A DNA stretch of 64,000 bases from Candidatus Bathyarchaeia archaeon (GTDB taxonomy: Archaea; Thermoproteota; Bathyarchaeia; Bathyarchaeales; Bathycorpusculaceae): positions 1 to 64,000 of the forward strand of contig JBEKSS010000003.1 of the NCBI GenBank assembly GCA_049516875.1. The letters are read 5' to 3'. The position numbers and the translations under genes are program-made. Below, piece by piece: positions 17,687-27,715 of the stretch; the first letter of the stretch is position 1; the number at the start of each line of letters is the position of its first letter. The notes below the pieces were generated by a model that saw nothing but the letters and a program-made list of their open reading frames with translations, made no database searches and was not told the origin of the DNA.

Positions 17687-19204
17687 TCAATCTTGCTGTT
17701 TCAGTTTTTTCAGCATTGCGTTCCCATTTTGGTTATCTGGGTTCAGCTCGAGTGATTTCTCATAGTTTTCGATAGCATGCACTTTATCTCCTGAATGCAA
17801 GTACATTTCTCCTAGAGTATCATATGCGTTCCAGTACTTCGGGTATTCGTTGATAGCATGCTTCATTATTTTGATTGCATCGTGGAGTTTTTGGTCGAAG
17901 ACAAGTAAGTAGGCCAAGAAGATTAGAGTGTTCTCGCCTGCTACGCTTAGACCAGAGCCTGTTCTGCTTATTTCTCGATGTTTTTCTATCGCAGCTGCGA
18001 CTCCTTTTCGCTGCGTTAATAGGAATAGTGTGGTCAAGGCTTCAGGATGGACACGTTTTGGTGGAACATAATTCCATTCATACTCTCTTGCTATATTCTG
18101 AACCAAGTATTCTTCGACAAGCATTCCAACCTGAGAATTGGTCATTAAAGCTGCACCTTTTCCTGTGTTACCATACAAGACAAGCATTGCCTGGAAGCCA
18201 GCATCGTCTCCGATGTGCCCGAACAAGTCCGGTCTTGTTTCGTCACCTAGAAAGAAGCCTAGTCCCATTCTGTCTGGGTGTTCATCATTGCCTAAGGCAA
18301 GTTCTTCTACACGCTCTACCTGTGGTTTCAGCATCTCTCGAGTCATAATCTCAGATAGTAGCAGATTTGATTTGCCCAGCCTTGACAAAGCAATCTCAAT
18401 TGCGAATCTGGCTAGGTCAGAAGGCGTAGTCCATAATCCTCCTGCAGCCATCTCGGGGTAAACATGCCATTTTCCATGGACAACTTTGCCGTCAGCGAGG
18501 GTTCCGCTTGCCGCCTCAGCAATCCGCGATTCTGGAAGCGGTTGTTCAAAAGTACTGTGCTCCATTCCGATCTTGCTGAGTACCATGTCATGCATGAGTC
18601 GAGGAAACGGTCTGCCAGTTACATCTATCATTAGTTGTTGAGCAATCATCGTTCCTCCACCTGAGTAACGCCATCTTGTACCTGGAACAGAATCTATACG
18701 AATTGGCAAATTGCTCGCAGGAGGCTCCCCGTTCAGGACTTGGAGTAGAGAAGGGATCGATTCATCTATGTCATAACCGTTGAAGCCATGCACTGTTAGT
18801 CCAGCACTGTGACAAAGGATGCGGCGCAGTGTGACCTTCTCATCTTTAGTAAATCTATTTTCAGGCACTTTCCAGCTGACAAGTCTCTTGTTCACGTCCT
18901 CATCAAGCGAAAGCTTTCGTCGTTCTACGAGATACAATGCTCCAGCTGCGGCGACAGGTTTGCTAACTGAGCCTGCCTGAAAGAGTGTATTTGTCGTGAC
19001 AGGCGTCGTCGTACCTGCTTCTGCTACACCATAACCTTTGGCCCATACGATCTTGAAGTTATCGATGACAGCGACGCTTAAGCCTGGAACCCTGTACATT
19101 TGCATCAATTTCTGAAGGGTCAGTTCGAAAGGTAATTCATTTTTATCCAGCAATATCGGGTGAAACCCGTTCTCGACCCTCTCAATTCGCTCAGCCAATT
19201 TCAT
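17687..19204 (-). CDS. Serine hydrolase (beta-lactamase/AmpC-like) with C-terminal TPR
   Basis: FQAGSVSKP (SxxK), RYSGGG, FGHIG; NAYDTLGEMY...YEKSLELNPDN TPR. Confidence 0.9.
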   Translation of the reverse strand: MKLAERIERVENGFHPILLDKNELPFELTLQKLMQMYRVPGLSVAVIDNFKIVWAKGYGVAEAGTTTPVTTNTLFQAGSVSKPVAAAGALYLVERRKLSLDEDVNKRLVSWKVPENRFTKDEKVTLRRILCHSAGLTVHGFNGYDIDESIPSLLQVLNGEPPASNLPIRIDSVPGTRWRYSGGGTMIAQQLMIDVTGRPFPRLMHDMVLSKIGMEHSTFEQPLPESRIAEAASGTLADGKVVHGKWHVYPEMAAGGLWTTPSDLARFAIEIALSRLGKSNLLLSEIMTREMLKPQVERVEELALGNDEHPDRMGLGFFLGDETRPDLFGHIGDDAGFQAMLVLYGNTGKGAALMTNSQVGMLVEEYLVQNIAREYEWNYVPPKRVHPEALTTLFLLTQRKGVAAAIEKHREISRTGSGLSVAGENTLIFLAYLLVFDQKLHDAIKIMKHAINEYPKYWNAYDTLGEMYLHSGDKVHAIENYEKSLELNPDNQNGNAMLKKLKQQD

Positions 19205-19357
19205 AGAAATACAGGGGCCTCCAGTTTGTGACACACGAGTCTTTATGTTCATGACGAAACCTTTTTGAAAATTCGATTTGACCCTAATAAAGTCAACTCA
19301 CCCTTGGTAATCACACAGTGTTAGTCTTCAATACGAATTTCACAAGAGAATTGCTTC

Positions 19358-19942
19358 TCAAAGTAGTTTCACGCCACTAAGGGCTTCAAATAGGAAAAGG
19401 ACCCCAAACACAACAAAAATCAAAGATGCTCCAATCTTAACGTAGCGTGCAGAGATGTATCGAGAAATGATTTTTCCGAGAACTGCACCAAGAGCCGTTA
19501 ACAAGGCAAACGCAAGCATAACTCCGAGAAATACTTGAATAGGTGCACCGTATTCTGCGGATAAGGCAATAACTGCAAGCTGTGTCTTATCACCAAGCTC
19601 CATTATGGCTATCAGAAAGAACGATGTTGCAACGGTTTTTGAGTGCTCTTTGATTTTGACTATCACATCTTCTTTCGAAAATAGTGTGAATACTCCGAAA
19701 ATGAGGAATGAAATGCCAGCTCCCAAACCTATCCAAAATGCTGGAACAAAGGGGGCGATGGCTCCGCCCACTATTGCACTAACACCATCAACTAGAGCAA
19801 AAGCCAGAAGAGCACCAATGAAAACCGACCTTGGTCTGTGTTTAGCACTCAGACTAACGACTGCAATCTGTGTCTTGTCACCGAATTCGGCTAATGCAAC
19901 AATAGCGAACGTCGATAATAGTGGAAGCAAATCTAGTGCCAT
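19358..19942 (-). CDS. TMEM165/GDT1 (UPF0016) Mn/Ca transporter
   Basis: Two E(F/L)GDKTQ motifs. Confidence 0.92.
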   Translation of the reverse strand: MALDLLPLLSTFAIVALAEFGDKTQIAVVSLSAKHRPRSVFIGALLAFALVDGVSAIVGGAIAPFVPAFWIGLGAGISFLIFGVFTLFSKEDVIVKIKEHSKTVATSFFLIAIMELGDKTQLAVIALSAEYGAPIQVFLGVMLAFALLTALGAVLGKIISRYISARYVKIGASLIFVVFGVLFLFEALSGVKLL

Positions 19943-20126
19943 ATTTCTCTCATCAACATTACTGAAAGCAATAGCGGTATTGTCAAGCTAGACGATATTT
20001 AAGTAAGATGAGTTTTTGGCTAGAAGACACTTCTATCAGTCTTTTTAGGTCAGTTTGACCCGTCTATTCTTTAGAAGAAAACGGTCGTGTGACGACGGAA
20101 TTCGGGAGACATCGCCACTGACCATA

Positions 20127-20203
20127 GGGTTCGAATCTCCCGCACCACGTGTGGTAAAAATAGCGGGGGTTTATCCAGAGGCTCATGTTTGCTTTTCCTG
20201 AAG
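20127..20203 (+). mobile_element. Degenerate att-like copy of the tRNA-Leu 3' end, flank and integrase stop region
   Basis: GGGTTCGAATC..CCCGCACCAC.TGTGGT.AAAA...GGGGGTTT.TCCAGA.GC...TTTCCTGAAG aligns with 15817-15906. Confidence 0.8.
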
Positions 20204-20233
20204 GTTTTGGCGCGGTTGAAGTTTCACGCGTGT

Positions 20234-21586
20234 CTATTTTCCCGCTATGGTGAGTTCTGCAAGTTTGACTGTTGGTGAGGAGACGCTCACGTTTCCCATT
20301 CCGACGCTGTTCCTGAGATCGTTGCTAATCATTTCCACTCCGTCCCTGAACAGTTCCTGGAAGTTTCCTGCGATTACTACCCCATTGACAAGTTGAGCTT
20401 CTTTGCCGTTTTCTATGAGGACCCCGTGAGTCACCGTAGCATTGAGGTTGCCACTTACAGGGTTCGAGAGCCATTCTCCAATCGTCTGTTCAACGTACAA
20501 TCCTTTCTTTGTTTCCTGAATCATCTCTTCGAGTTTTGCCTTCTCAGGTTTCAGAATCAGGTTGCTAGGCAATGGTTGCAATTTCGTCCAGTAGCCAAAG
20601 GGTTTGCGGGCGTTGCCGGTTGATTCCACGTTGTCCTGCAGCGCAGTGTAAGTGTCGTAGAGGTAGTTCTTGAGTACGCCTTTCTCGATGATCGGGGTTC
20701 TTTGAGTTGGGTGCCCCTCGTCGTCAAAGGGTTCGGTCCGTAAACCTCCTGGCAATGTTCCATCATCAACGAGGTCAATGTTCTCCGAAGCGATATGCTT
20801 CCCGAGTTTGCCTGACAACGGCGATCTTCCTTTCTGTACCCAATCAGCATTTATGGGGCCGCTCAGAAAGATTCCAAGCATATTTGCAAAGATCTGGTTT
20901 CTGATAATCACCGGCATCTTTCCGCTCGGGATGGGCTTTGCCTTCAAATACTTCACGGCCTTTTCTGCTGCCTTGCTGGCTAAATCTTCGAATTTGATTT
21001 CTTTCCAGCTTCTCGCTTGTTGTATTTCTGCTCCAGTGCTGTTCAACCCGGCTTCTTCAACCTTGGCTGACAGAAAAACACCTATCTCTGTCCCCTTTCT
21101 TTCGATGCTTTCCCTGTAGTTGTTTGCCACTGAAACATGCTCCAGCGCAACGGAGAAGAAACCGCGTGTAGGTTTAACTCTCCTGTCGTATTCCTTCATG
21201 CGATCTACCGCTGCCATCAACGTCTCAATGATTTCTTTGTAGTCAGGGTTTTCCAGCTTTTTGTCATAGCATCCTTCAACGGGTGTCGTGGCAAATTTCT
21301 TGTTCAGATGCTTCCAGAACGAATCTTCAGAGGCTACTTTAGCTATTTTGACTGCCCTCACCGACAGCTCGTCGATTTCTGTCTTGCCTAGAATGGAAGT
21401 AGAACAGATTGCCGTTTTCTTTCCGACGGCTACCCTCAAACCTATTCCCGTTGATTCGACTGTTTTTAAGTTCTCAACTTTGTCTGTGAACGTGACGAAT
21501 AGGGTGTTTGTTCTTTGCGCGTAGGCTTCTGCTTCAGTTGCCCCTGCCTTGAGAGCTTTCTCAACTGCAAGATCAGCTAGTTCCAT
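20234..21586 (-). CDS. pmbA: TldE/PmbA family protein
   Basis: PFDDEGHPT, STGNA; lacks HExxxH; downstream of tldD. Confidence 0.88.
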   Translation of the reverse strand: MELADLAVEKALKAGATEAEAYAQRTNTLFVTFTDKVENLKTVESTGIGLRVAVGKKTAICSTSILGKTEIDELSVRAVKIAKVASEDSFWKHLNKKFATTPVEGCYDKKLENPDYKEIIETLMAAVDRMKEYDRRVKPTRGFFSVALEHVSVANNYRESIERKGTEIGVFLSAKVEEAGLNSTGAEIQQARSWKEIKFEDLASKAAEKAVKYLKAKPIPSGKMPVIIRNQIFANMLGIFLSGPINADWVQKGRSPLSGKLGKHIASENIDLVDDGTLPGGLRTEPFDDEGHPTQRTPIIEKGVLKNYLYDTYTALQDNVESTGNARKPFGYWTKLQPLPSNLILKPEKAKLEEMIQETKKGLYVEQTIGEWLSNPVSGNLNATVTHGVLIENGKEAQLVNGVVIAGNFQELFRDGVEMISNDLRNSVGMGNVSVSSPTVKLAELTIAGK

Positions 21587-21590
21587 TATT

Positions 21591-22994
21591 TCACCTTCCT
21601 CCCACGGTCATCTTGCGAACTCTAACGTGCGGACCTCCAAAACCAACCGTGGCTCTCTGTGAATCTTTTCCACAGCCGCCGAAAACGCTCGTTATGACCT
21701 TCAAATCTTTCCCAGCAGCATCGATCGTCTTAAGCGTGTCAAGAATGGAACCACTGATAACCACGCCCTTAACCGTCTCGGCGAGTTCACCCTTTCTTAT
21801 GACCTTTGAAGGCCCAACACCAAAAGTGAATGTTCCCACGCCTGGGTCGACCTCCCCTCCACCGGCACCCTTTCCTCTTACATAAATTCCAAACTCGATG
21901 TCCTCGATCATCTCCTCAAACTCTGCATCCCTTGGCTGTAAGTAGTAGTTGGTTTGTCTCACTATGGGTAAGTTATCGAAGTCTTGTGCCCTAGCATTAC
22001 CGGTTGGTTTAGCTTCCAGTTCGTGCGCGGTGTTTCTGCTGTGAAGGAAATTCTTCAGAACCCCGTTTTCAACTACGACCGTTTTCTCCTTTTTCGTTCC
22101 CTCATCGTCAAATGGATAGAAGTATCCTCCCTCAATCGTCCCCTCATCAATTATGGTTACCCTGTCACTTGCTAGTTTATCCCCGAGCTTGCCGCGAAGC
22201 ACAGATTCGCCTGAGGACACGACATCGCCTTCGGATGCATGTCCAAAGGCCTCGTGGAGAACGAGTCCGAGAACATGGGGGTCAACCACTACCGTGTACG
22301 TGCCAGGAGGCGGGGTTCCAGAGTTTGCAGCTTCAATGGCGAGTTTGGACACGCCCGCCGTGAATGAACTCCAATCTCTTGACTTGATGAACTCAAATCC
22401 TGCGCATCGGGATTCTCCCATGTCGGTAACGCTTTCCATCGTTCCGTTGATTTTTGCAACGCTTGCATGCGCAAGACCCACCAATGCTGTTTCAACTTCT
22501 ATGCATGCTCCCTGGGTTGACATGAACAGCCTGGAATCCTTGACTAGCCCAAGCATTGTCATAGCGTTCTTCACGTCCTTGTCAATCCATCCAGCTTTGT
22601 TTGCGTCCAGAACTATAGAGACTTTGTCTTCCGGTGGAACGTTGGCGGGATCAATTTTTGCTGGCGACTTGACGTTGGTCTTGTTGATTTTGGTCTCAGC
22701 AAAGACGTGTTTCTGGCCTTTAATGGACTTTGCAGTTCTGATGGCGTTTTGGAGAGTTCTTTCAAGGCTGTTTTGACTCAGATCGCTCGTGGAAGCATAG
22801 CCGATCGCTCCTTCTATGACAACTCTTATCCCTATTCCGCTGAGTCTTCTTGAGGAGTAATTCTTCAGCTCCTTATTTTCCACGGTGATCAGTTCATCGT
22901 CAAAACATTGATAGCGAGCGTCCGCGTACGACGCATGGAGGGCAATGGCTTTGTCAAGGATTCTCTGCAAGTCGGGCTCCTTGCTCTCACCCAT
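21591..22994 (-). CDS. tldD: TldD family metalloprotease
   Basis: HEAFGHASEGD, FDDEG, PIVRQTN, GGCGK...GGPH. Confidence 0.92.
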   Translation of the reverse strand: MGESKEPDLQRILDKAIALHASYADARYQCFDDELITVENKELKNYSSRRLSGIGIRVVIEGAIGYASTSDLSQNSLERTLQNAIRTAKSIKGQKHVFAETKINKTNVKSPAKIDPANVPPEDKVSIVLDANKAGWIDKDVKNAMTMLGLVKDSRLFMSTQGACIEVETALVGLAHASVAKINGTMESVTDMGESRCAGFEFIKSRDWSSFTAGVSKLAIEAANSGTPPPGTYTVVVDPHVLGLVLHEAFGHASEGDVVSSGESVLRGKLGDKLASDRVTIIDEGTIEGGYFYPFDDEGTKKEKTVVVENGVLKNFLHSRNTAHELEAKPTGNARAQDFDNLPIVRQTNYYLQPRDAEFEEMIEDIEFGIYVRGKGAGGGEVDPGVGTFTFGVGPSKVIRKGELAETVKGVVISGSILDTLKTIDAAGKDLKVITSVFGGCGKDSQRATVGFGGPHVRVRKMTVGGR

Positions 22995-23067
22995 AGTTAC
23001 ACACTTCTCCTGAGGGCTTGGGACACTCTGAACAAAAGCATGGCGATCGTGGTCAGAAGCGCAATCA

Positions 23068-24048
23068 TCATGGAAACTCTGCCACCATTCCATCTATCAT
23101 AAGAGTCTCTCTGAATCCTAGATTCTTCACCGTTTCTGTGAGTTCTTGTCTTGTTGTGGGAACAATTATGCGGATTTTTCTCACTCCCGCTTTCTCAATT
23201 TCGTTGCTTGCTGCGTTTATAAGCATTTTCTCGACACCGAGCGACTTACCTTCAGGGCTCACGTGGATGAAACCGATCCTGCCCACTTCTTTTGGCGTGG
23301 TGTACGATGCCTCGGCATACCCGACTATTCTGCCATCGAAAACCGCAACTATCTTCTTCTCAGTCGAGAAACGGAACAAGCGCTGCAGGAATGGCGTTCT
23401 CAGGTTTTTCTTACCGAAGTCAAAGATTCTCAAGCGAGTAGGGTCTTCTGAGGCCCTTATCAGCCTGTAGACTGCGTCCAAGTCGTCCTTCTGAAAAGGT
23501 CTGATCTGGACTCCACAAGTGTCCTGCGGTGCGCACAGGCAATCTGTTTCCTGCACAAAATACACCGCATGTTCAAACGCCCTGAACCCCAGTTTGACGT
23601 ACATGTCTATTGCGGGAGTATTCGTTGACGCTACATTCAAGACGGCTCTGGCCTTCTTCCTTTCTCGGATGTAGCCAAGAGCACTTGTCATCAGTCTTGT
23701 GGCAATTCCTTTTCTTCTGTGGCCTGGATGGACCATAACTGCCGATATGGAGCCGGCTTTTCCCCTATCATCAATGATTGTTGTGCCAACAACTTTGCCG
23801 TCAGCTTCTGCAACCAAGAACTTCATTGGTTCTCTTCCACAGAGCCGCAACAGCCCAAGGAAAAGCCTACCAGTTCTTCCGAACGCGCGGTTGACCATGT
23901 CTCTTGTATGAACTGGATCAAAGCCCGAAACCTCGAACTCCTCGGCAAAACACTCGGGCAAAAGGCACAGCAAATTGTTCAAGTCAGACTTGCGAAAATC
24001 TCTGATCAAAAACGTTGTCTTCCTTTCTGCCAAGGTCCTCAGCCTCAC
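23068..24048 (-). CDS. Tandem GNAT acetyltransferase
   Basis: VHPGHRRKGIA...N.PAI.MY.KLGF plus a second GNAT-like domain. Confidence 0.85.
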   Translation of the reverse strand: MRLRTLAERKTTFLIRDFRKSDLNNLLCLLPECFAEEFEVSGFDPVHTRDMVNRAFGRTGRLFLGLLRLCGREPMKFLVAEADGKVVGTTIIDDRGKAGSISAVMVHPGHRRKGIATRLMTSALGYIRERKKARAVLNVASTNTPAIDMYVKLGFRAFEHAVYFVQETDCLCAPQDTCGVQIRPFQKDDLDAVYRLIRASEDPTRLRIFDFGKKNLRTPFLQRLFRFSTEKKIVAVFDGRIVGYAEASYTTPKEVGRIGFIHVSPEGKSLGVEKMLINAASNEIEKAGVRKIRIIVPTTRQELTETVKNLGFRETLMIDGMVAEFP

Positions 24049-24419
24049 TCATAACACTATAGCGCGCTTGCCGTCGTAGATCTTGCACAAAGCTACAGAT
24101 TTGACAGCGCTAGGGTCCAACTCGCTCACATCCTCTTTCAATCAAGCTTGACCGTTCTCTTAAACCCGACTCTCAACAAGCAATCACAAACTGTGACTAC
24201 CGCATGACGCGGTCGTTGATTCTCTCCGGCTTTTTCGCTTCAAAGAGTAAAGGGACTGGCCATTCCAGTTAGGGGTTCTGTGCAAAAAGTGATCAACAGA
24301 ATGGTCACCCGCTTGGCGCGCGCCAGGCAGGTTGGACCTTTAAATCATAAATATGTGTGGCACACAATTGCAATGGTCGTCTAGTGAGAGAGCCAAGAAT
24401 CAGGTCTGGAGGTTATCTG

Positions 24420-25100
24420 ATGGGAAAATTGAGTATGGAAGATGTCTTTAAGGCCTTGGCAAAGCCGCTCCCTGAATTCGAAATGAAGCCGGGGAAGACA
24501 GCCTTGCTTCTGGTTGACTTTCAAAACCTTGTGAGCTCAAAACCACTGCTTCAAGAGGCACTGGATGCAGGGTTGCCTGAAAGAGAAGTGAGAGAGGCCT
24601 TGCGAGAATATGATCAAAGGGTCAAGAGAGCGGTGAAAAACGCACGGAGGATACTGCAGGCCTGCAGAAAGAAAGGTTACGACATAGTGCATATCAAGTT
24701 AGGGGCGCAGACCAGCAATCCCAGGCATACGGCGAAGGTAAACAGAAAAGCTAACTTCATTGTGCCGATGGACGCGGAAAAAGGCAGGTTCCTCGATGAG
24801 GTGAAGCCGGTGAAAGGAGAATTAATTTTCCCAAAGACAAACGGGGGAGCATTCACGGGGACCAATCTAGACTTCGTCCTAAGGAACATGGATATCGAGA
24901 GCATCATCGTAACGGGATTCCTAACCGATCAATGCGTCCTCGCAACTGTAATCTACGGCGGAGACATAGGGTACGACGTTCTCTTGGTTGAGGATGCGTG
25001 CACAGGAACCACCAAAGAAAATCATGATGCGGTAATAAGACTTGCAAGAGACGTGTTCCTAAAGGTCAAACCAACTGCGGAACTCCTGCGAATTCTGTAA
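24420..25100 (+). CDS. Isochorismatase-like cysteine hydrolase
   Basis: ALLLVDFQN, K...AF.GT.L, GFLTDQCV, VEDAC. Confidence 0.9.
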   Translation: MGKLSMEDVFKALAKPLPEFEMKPGKTALLLVDFQNLVSSKPLLQEALDAGLPEREVREALREYDQRVKRAVKNARRILQACRKKGYDIVHIKLGAQTSNPRHTAKVNRKANFIVPMDAEKGRFLDEVKPVKGELIFPKTNGGAFTGTNLDFVLRNMDIESIIVTGFLTDQCVLATVIYGGDIGYDVLLVEDACTGTTKENHDAVIRLARDVFLKVKPTAELLRIL

Positions 25101-25149
25101 GAAGAAGCATCTTTAGATTCTCTACACCTGCTTGCGAATAGCGCGCGCG

Positions 25150-25353
25150 ACGACGATGTTGAAGGACGTGTCCCAGGCATGGATAGCCATCAATATGACA
25201 GACCTGACTCTTGGCAGCTCTTGCTCAGGCGTTTTGAGAACACCGACGTAGTCGATCTTTCCATAGGGCAAGTCGCGGAGCCTGCCAGGATTTGAAATGC
25301 CCACAGCTGCGAAACCGACTTTCCTTGCTTCTTTCTTCATGTTCTGGGCCAAC
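25150..25353 (-). pseudogene. 3'-truncated epoxyqueuosine-reductase (QueG)-like Fe-S protein fragment
   Basis: KKEARKVGFAAVGIS...PEQELPRVRSVILMA; cut at TAGCGCGCGCG (25139) before any Cys clusters. Confidence 0.6.
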
Positions 25354-25371
25354 GTCACGATTAAGCACTTC

Positions 25372-25725
25372 CTACTGGCTCTGGAGTGTCTTCCGAATCT
25401 TTTCGAGGTTTTTTGTGGCAACGGGGTCGCCCGACAAATACTCTTTCAGCTTCGCGCAGGGATAATCGTCACAGTTGGCACAGGTCTTGACTTTCTTTTC
25501 TCTTGCGCACGGTCGTATATCGCAGAGTTTTCGGCAAAAACCAGAAACCAGATTGGATTTGCATCCGTGACAATCAACGTCTTCTGGTTTGAACTTGATC
25601 TCGCCTTGATCAGACCAGTGTCTGGCTATCTGCTTCTTCCATTCAACGTCTTTCAATTGAGTCGCTTTAAACGCCTTATACTCGTTGCAGTCCAGTCCAC
25701 AATAAGCAATCATTTCAGACATCAT
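25372..25725 (-). CDS. DUF3795 Cys-rich protein (second copy)
   Basis: IAYCGLDC...CHGC...FC...CDIRPC...TCANCDDYPC. Confidence 0.85.
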   Translation of the reverse strand: MMSEMIAYCGLDCNEYKAFKATQLKDVEWKKQIARHWSDQGEIKFKPEDVDCHGCKSNLVSGFCRKLCDIRPCAREKKVKTCANCDDYPCAKLKEYLSGDPVATKNLEKIRKTLQSQ

Positions 25726-25889
25726 TTCTACCTACCTCCCTTTCAACAGCATCGCATATTGAATGATTGTAGTCAACGAGATAACCGTTCTACAGTCATA
25801 TGACAGCTAGCGTGCGTTTCCCTTCTGTGCTGCTCTTAGAATTTTCGCTTCCCCCTTTGCCCGCGCGCGCGAGGGAGCATCCATTCATC

Positions 25890-25905
25890 GTATTATGCAT
25901 AACAC
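25890..25905. promoter_or_regulatory. Palindrome GT-a-TTATGCATAA-c-AC upstream of tupA (possible ModE-type operator)
   Basis: Palindrome about 50 nt upstream of tupA; a ModE-family gene lies nearby. Confidence 0.3.
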
Positions 25906-25952
25906 TTATTAGCTGTGTCGATATGAATCCAGAAGCATAACGGTGAGAAAGA

Positions 25953-26933
25953 ATGAAAGCATGGAAAATAATGTTAATGGTAGCCACTCTAGCCACAATC
26001 GTTGTGATCGGAGGAACCCTTGCCTACTTTGATTACTTCGCCCGAAGGCGCCTAAGAATCTCAACGACTACAAGTCTCTACGACACTGGATTACTGGACG
26101 AAATAGAGAAACAATACGAAACAACTCACAGCGTTGACCTTAACATCATATCAGCTGGAACAGGCATAGCTCTCCAACAAGCACAATCCGGAGACGCAGA
26201 CGTCGTGCTAGTCCACTCTCCATCCCAAGAACAGACTTTCCTCGAAAATGGCTATGGGGTCTGCAGAAAAATAATCGCTTATAACTTCTTCACGATAGTA
26301 GGTCCAACCACTGACCCAGCGGGAACCACAGGAAAAAACGCCACCGACGCTTTGAAAAGTGTAGTGGCCTATGGAAGAAACCATCAAACGATCGCATGGG
26401 TTTCGCGAGGAGACAACTCTGGCACGTTTTCAAAAGAGCAAAGCCTCTGGACAGCAGCAGGCTACAACCAGACCCAAATATCCACAGAGATTTCGTGGTA
26501 CGCAACCACGGGCTCGGGAATGGCTGATACGTTGAACGTGGCCAACCAGAAATCGGCGTACACTCTTTCAGACCTTGGCACCTACCTCAAACTATCACAG
26601 GACGGCACGATATCCTTGAAGTCGCTCATATCGGGAGGGAAATCCCTGCTAAACGTCTACAGCGTGATGGCAGTGAATCCGACGAAAGTCTCTAATGTCA
26701 GCTTCAACGACGCCGTAGACTTCATAAAATGGCTTGTTTCAGACACAGGTCAACAGGTAATAGAAAACTACGGCAAAGCCAATTACTCGCAGAGTCTCTT
26801 TTACGCCGCAGTTCAACCCCTCAAGGACAACAATCCTCAGCAGATAGTCCAGTGGATACAGAGCTACGCCTTCTTCAACGCCACAGAATGCCCACAGCAG
26901 TACAGAGATGACCATCCAGAACTCTACCCTTAG
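25953..26933 (+). CDS. tupA: Tungstate ABC transporter substrate-binding protein
   Basis: STTTSLYDTGLL, GTGIAL, SRGDNSGT. Confidence 0.9.
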   Translation: MKAWKIMLMVATLATIVVIGGTLAYFDYFARRRLRISTTTSLYDTGLLDEIEKQYETTHSVDLNIISAGTGIALQQAQSGDADVVLVHSPSQEQTFLENGYGVCRKIIAYNFFTIVGPTTDPAGTTGKNATDALKSVVAYGRNHQTIAWVSRGDNSGTFSKEQSLWTAAGYNQTQISTEISWYATTGSGMADTLNVANQKSAYTLSDLGTYLKLSQDGTISLKSLISGGKSLLNVYSVMAVNPTKVSNVSFNDAVDFIKWLVSDTGQQVIENYGKANYSQSLFYAAVQPLKDNNPQQIVQWIQSYAFFNATECPQQYRDDHPELYP

Positions 26934-26945
26934 AGGCAAACGGAA

Positions 26946-27665
26946 TTGAACCAAATCCTTGACGGCATAGTGAAAGCGCTACAGCTGATTTTTTCAGGCG
27001 ACCCAACGGTCTATGGCATCGTCTACCGCTCCCTCCTTTTTTCAGGGATAGCTACGATTATCGCCGTACTGTGGGGAACCCCCATAGCGATGCTGCTGGG
27101 TCTCAGAGACTTCCATGGAAAATCAATACTCAAAGGGCTCTTTAACGCTTTAATCGGCATGCCTACAGTAGCCTTAGGCTTAATCCTTCTCCTCATTCTT
27201 TCAAAGGATGGGCCATTAGGATTTCTAGGAATACTATACACGCCGGCAGCCATAATCTTAGGCGAAGCCGTGCTTGTGACACCTTTAGTTGTCAGTATCA
27301 CTACGGCAGCTATTGAAGCCGTTGACCCTGAAATGATGAACCTGGCCAAAACGCTGGGCGCATCAGAATCGCAAGCGTCGATAGTAGTTTTAAAGGAAGC
27401 GATGAACGGAGTCATTTTATCGGATATCGCCAGTTTCAATCGAGCAACAGCTGAGCTCGGCGTAGCCCTGCTGGTAGGAGGCAACATTGCGGGCTTGACC
27501 GACGTGCTGACCACAGATATTTCGAAGTACACTCAACGGGGTGACTTCAGTTATGCCATAGCACTCGCCATAATACTGCTTGTAATAGTCTTTGGGATAA
27601 ATCTAATAATAGTCAGCGCTCGAAAGGTGAAAATACTGCTTACTTTGGGCAGAATGCCGCAGTAA
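26946..27665 (+). CDS. tupB: Tungstate ABC transporter permease
   Basis: GPLGFLGILYTP, RATAELG..L.VGGNI.G.T.VLTT. Confidence 0.9.
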   Translation: MNQILDGIVKALQLIFSGDPTVYGIVYRSLLFSGIATIIAVLWGTPIAMLLGLRDFHGKSILKGLFNALIGMPTVALGLILLLILSKDGPLGFLGILYTPAAIILGEAVLVTPLVVSITTAAIEAVDPEMMNLAKTLGASESQASIVVLKEAMNGVILSDIASFNRATAELGVALLVGGNIAGLTDVLTTDISKYTQRGDFSYAIALAIILLVIVFGINLIIVSARKVKILLTLGRMPQ

Positions 27666-27715
27666 ATCCTAGAAATCATCGTTCAGGTGACCAAAAGACG
27701 ACAACACTTGTAGAA

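Noticed and set aside
4700-25800. Classical integron or CALIN
   Set aside because: I saw no RYYYAAC...GTTRRRY attC hairpins after the genes I inspected and no IntI. The integrase remnants are of the tRNA-targeting type.
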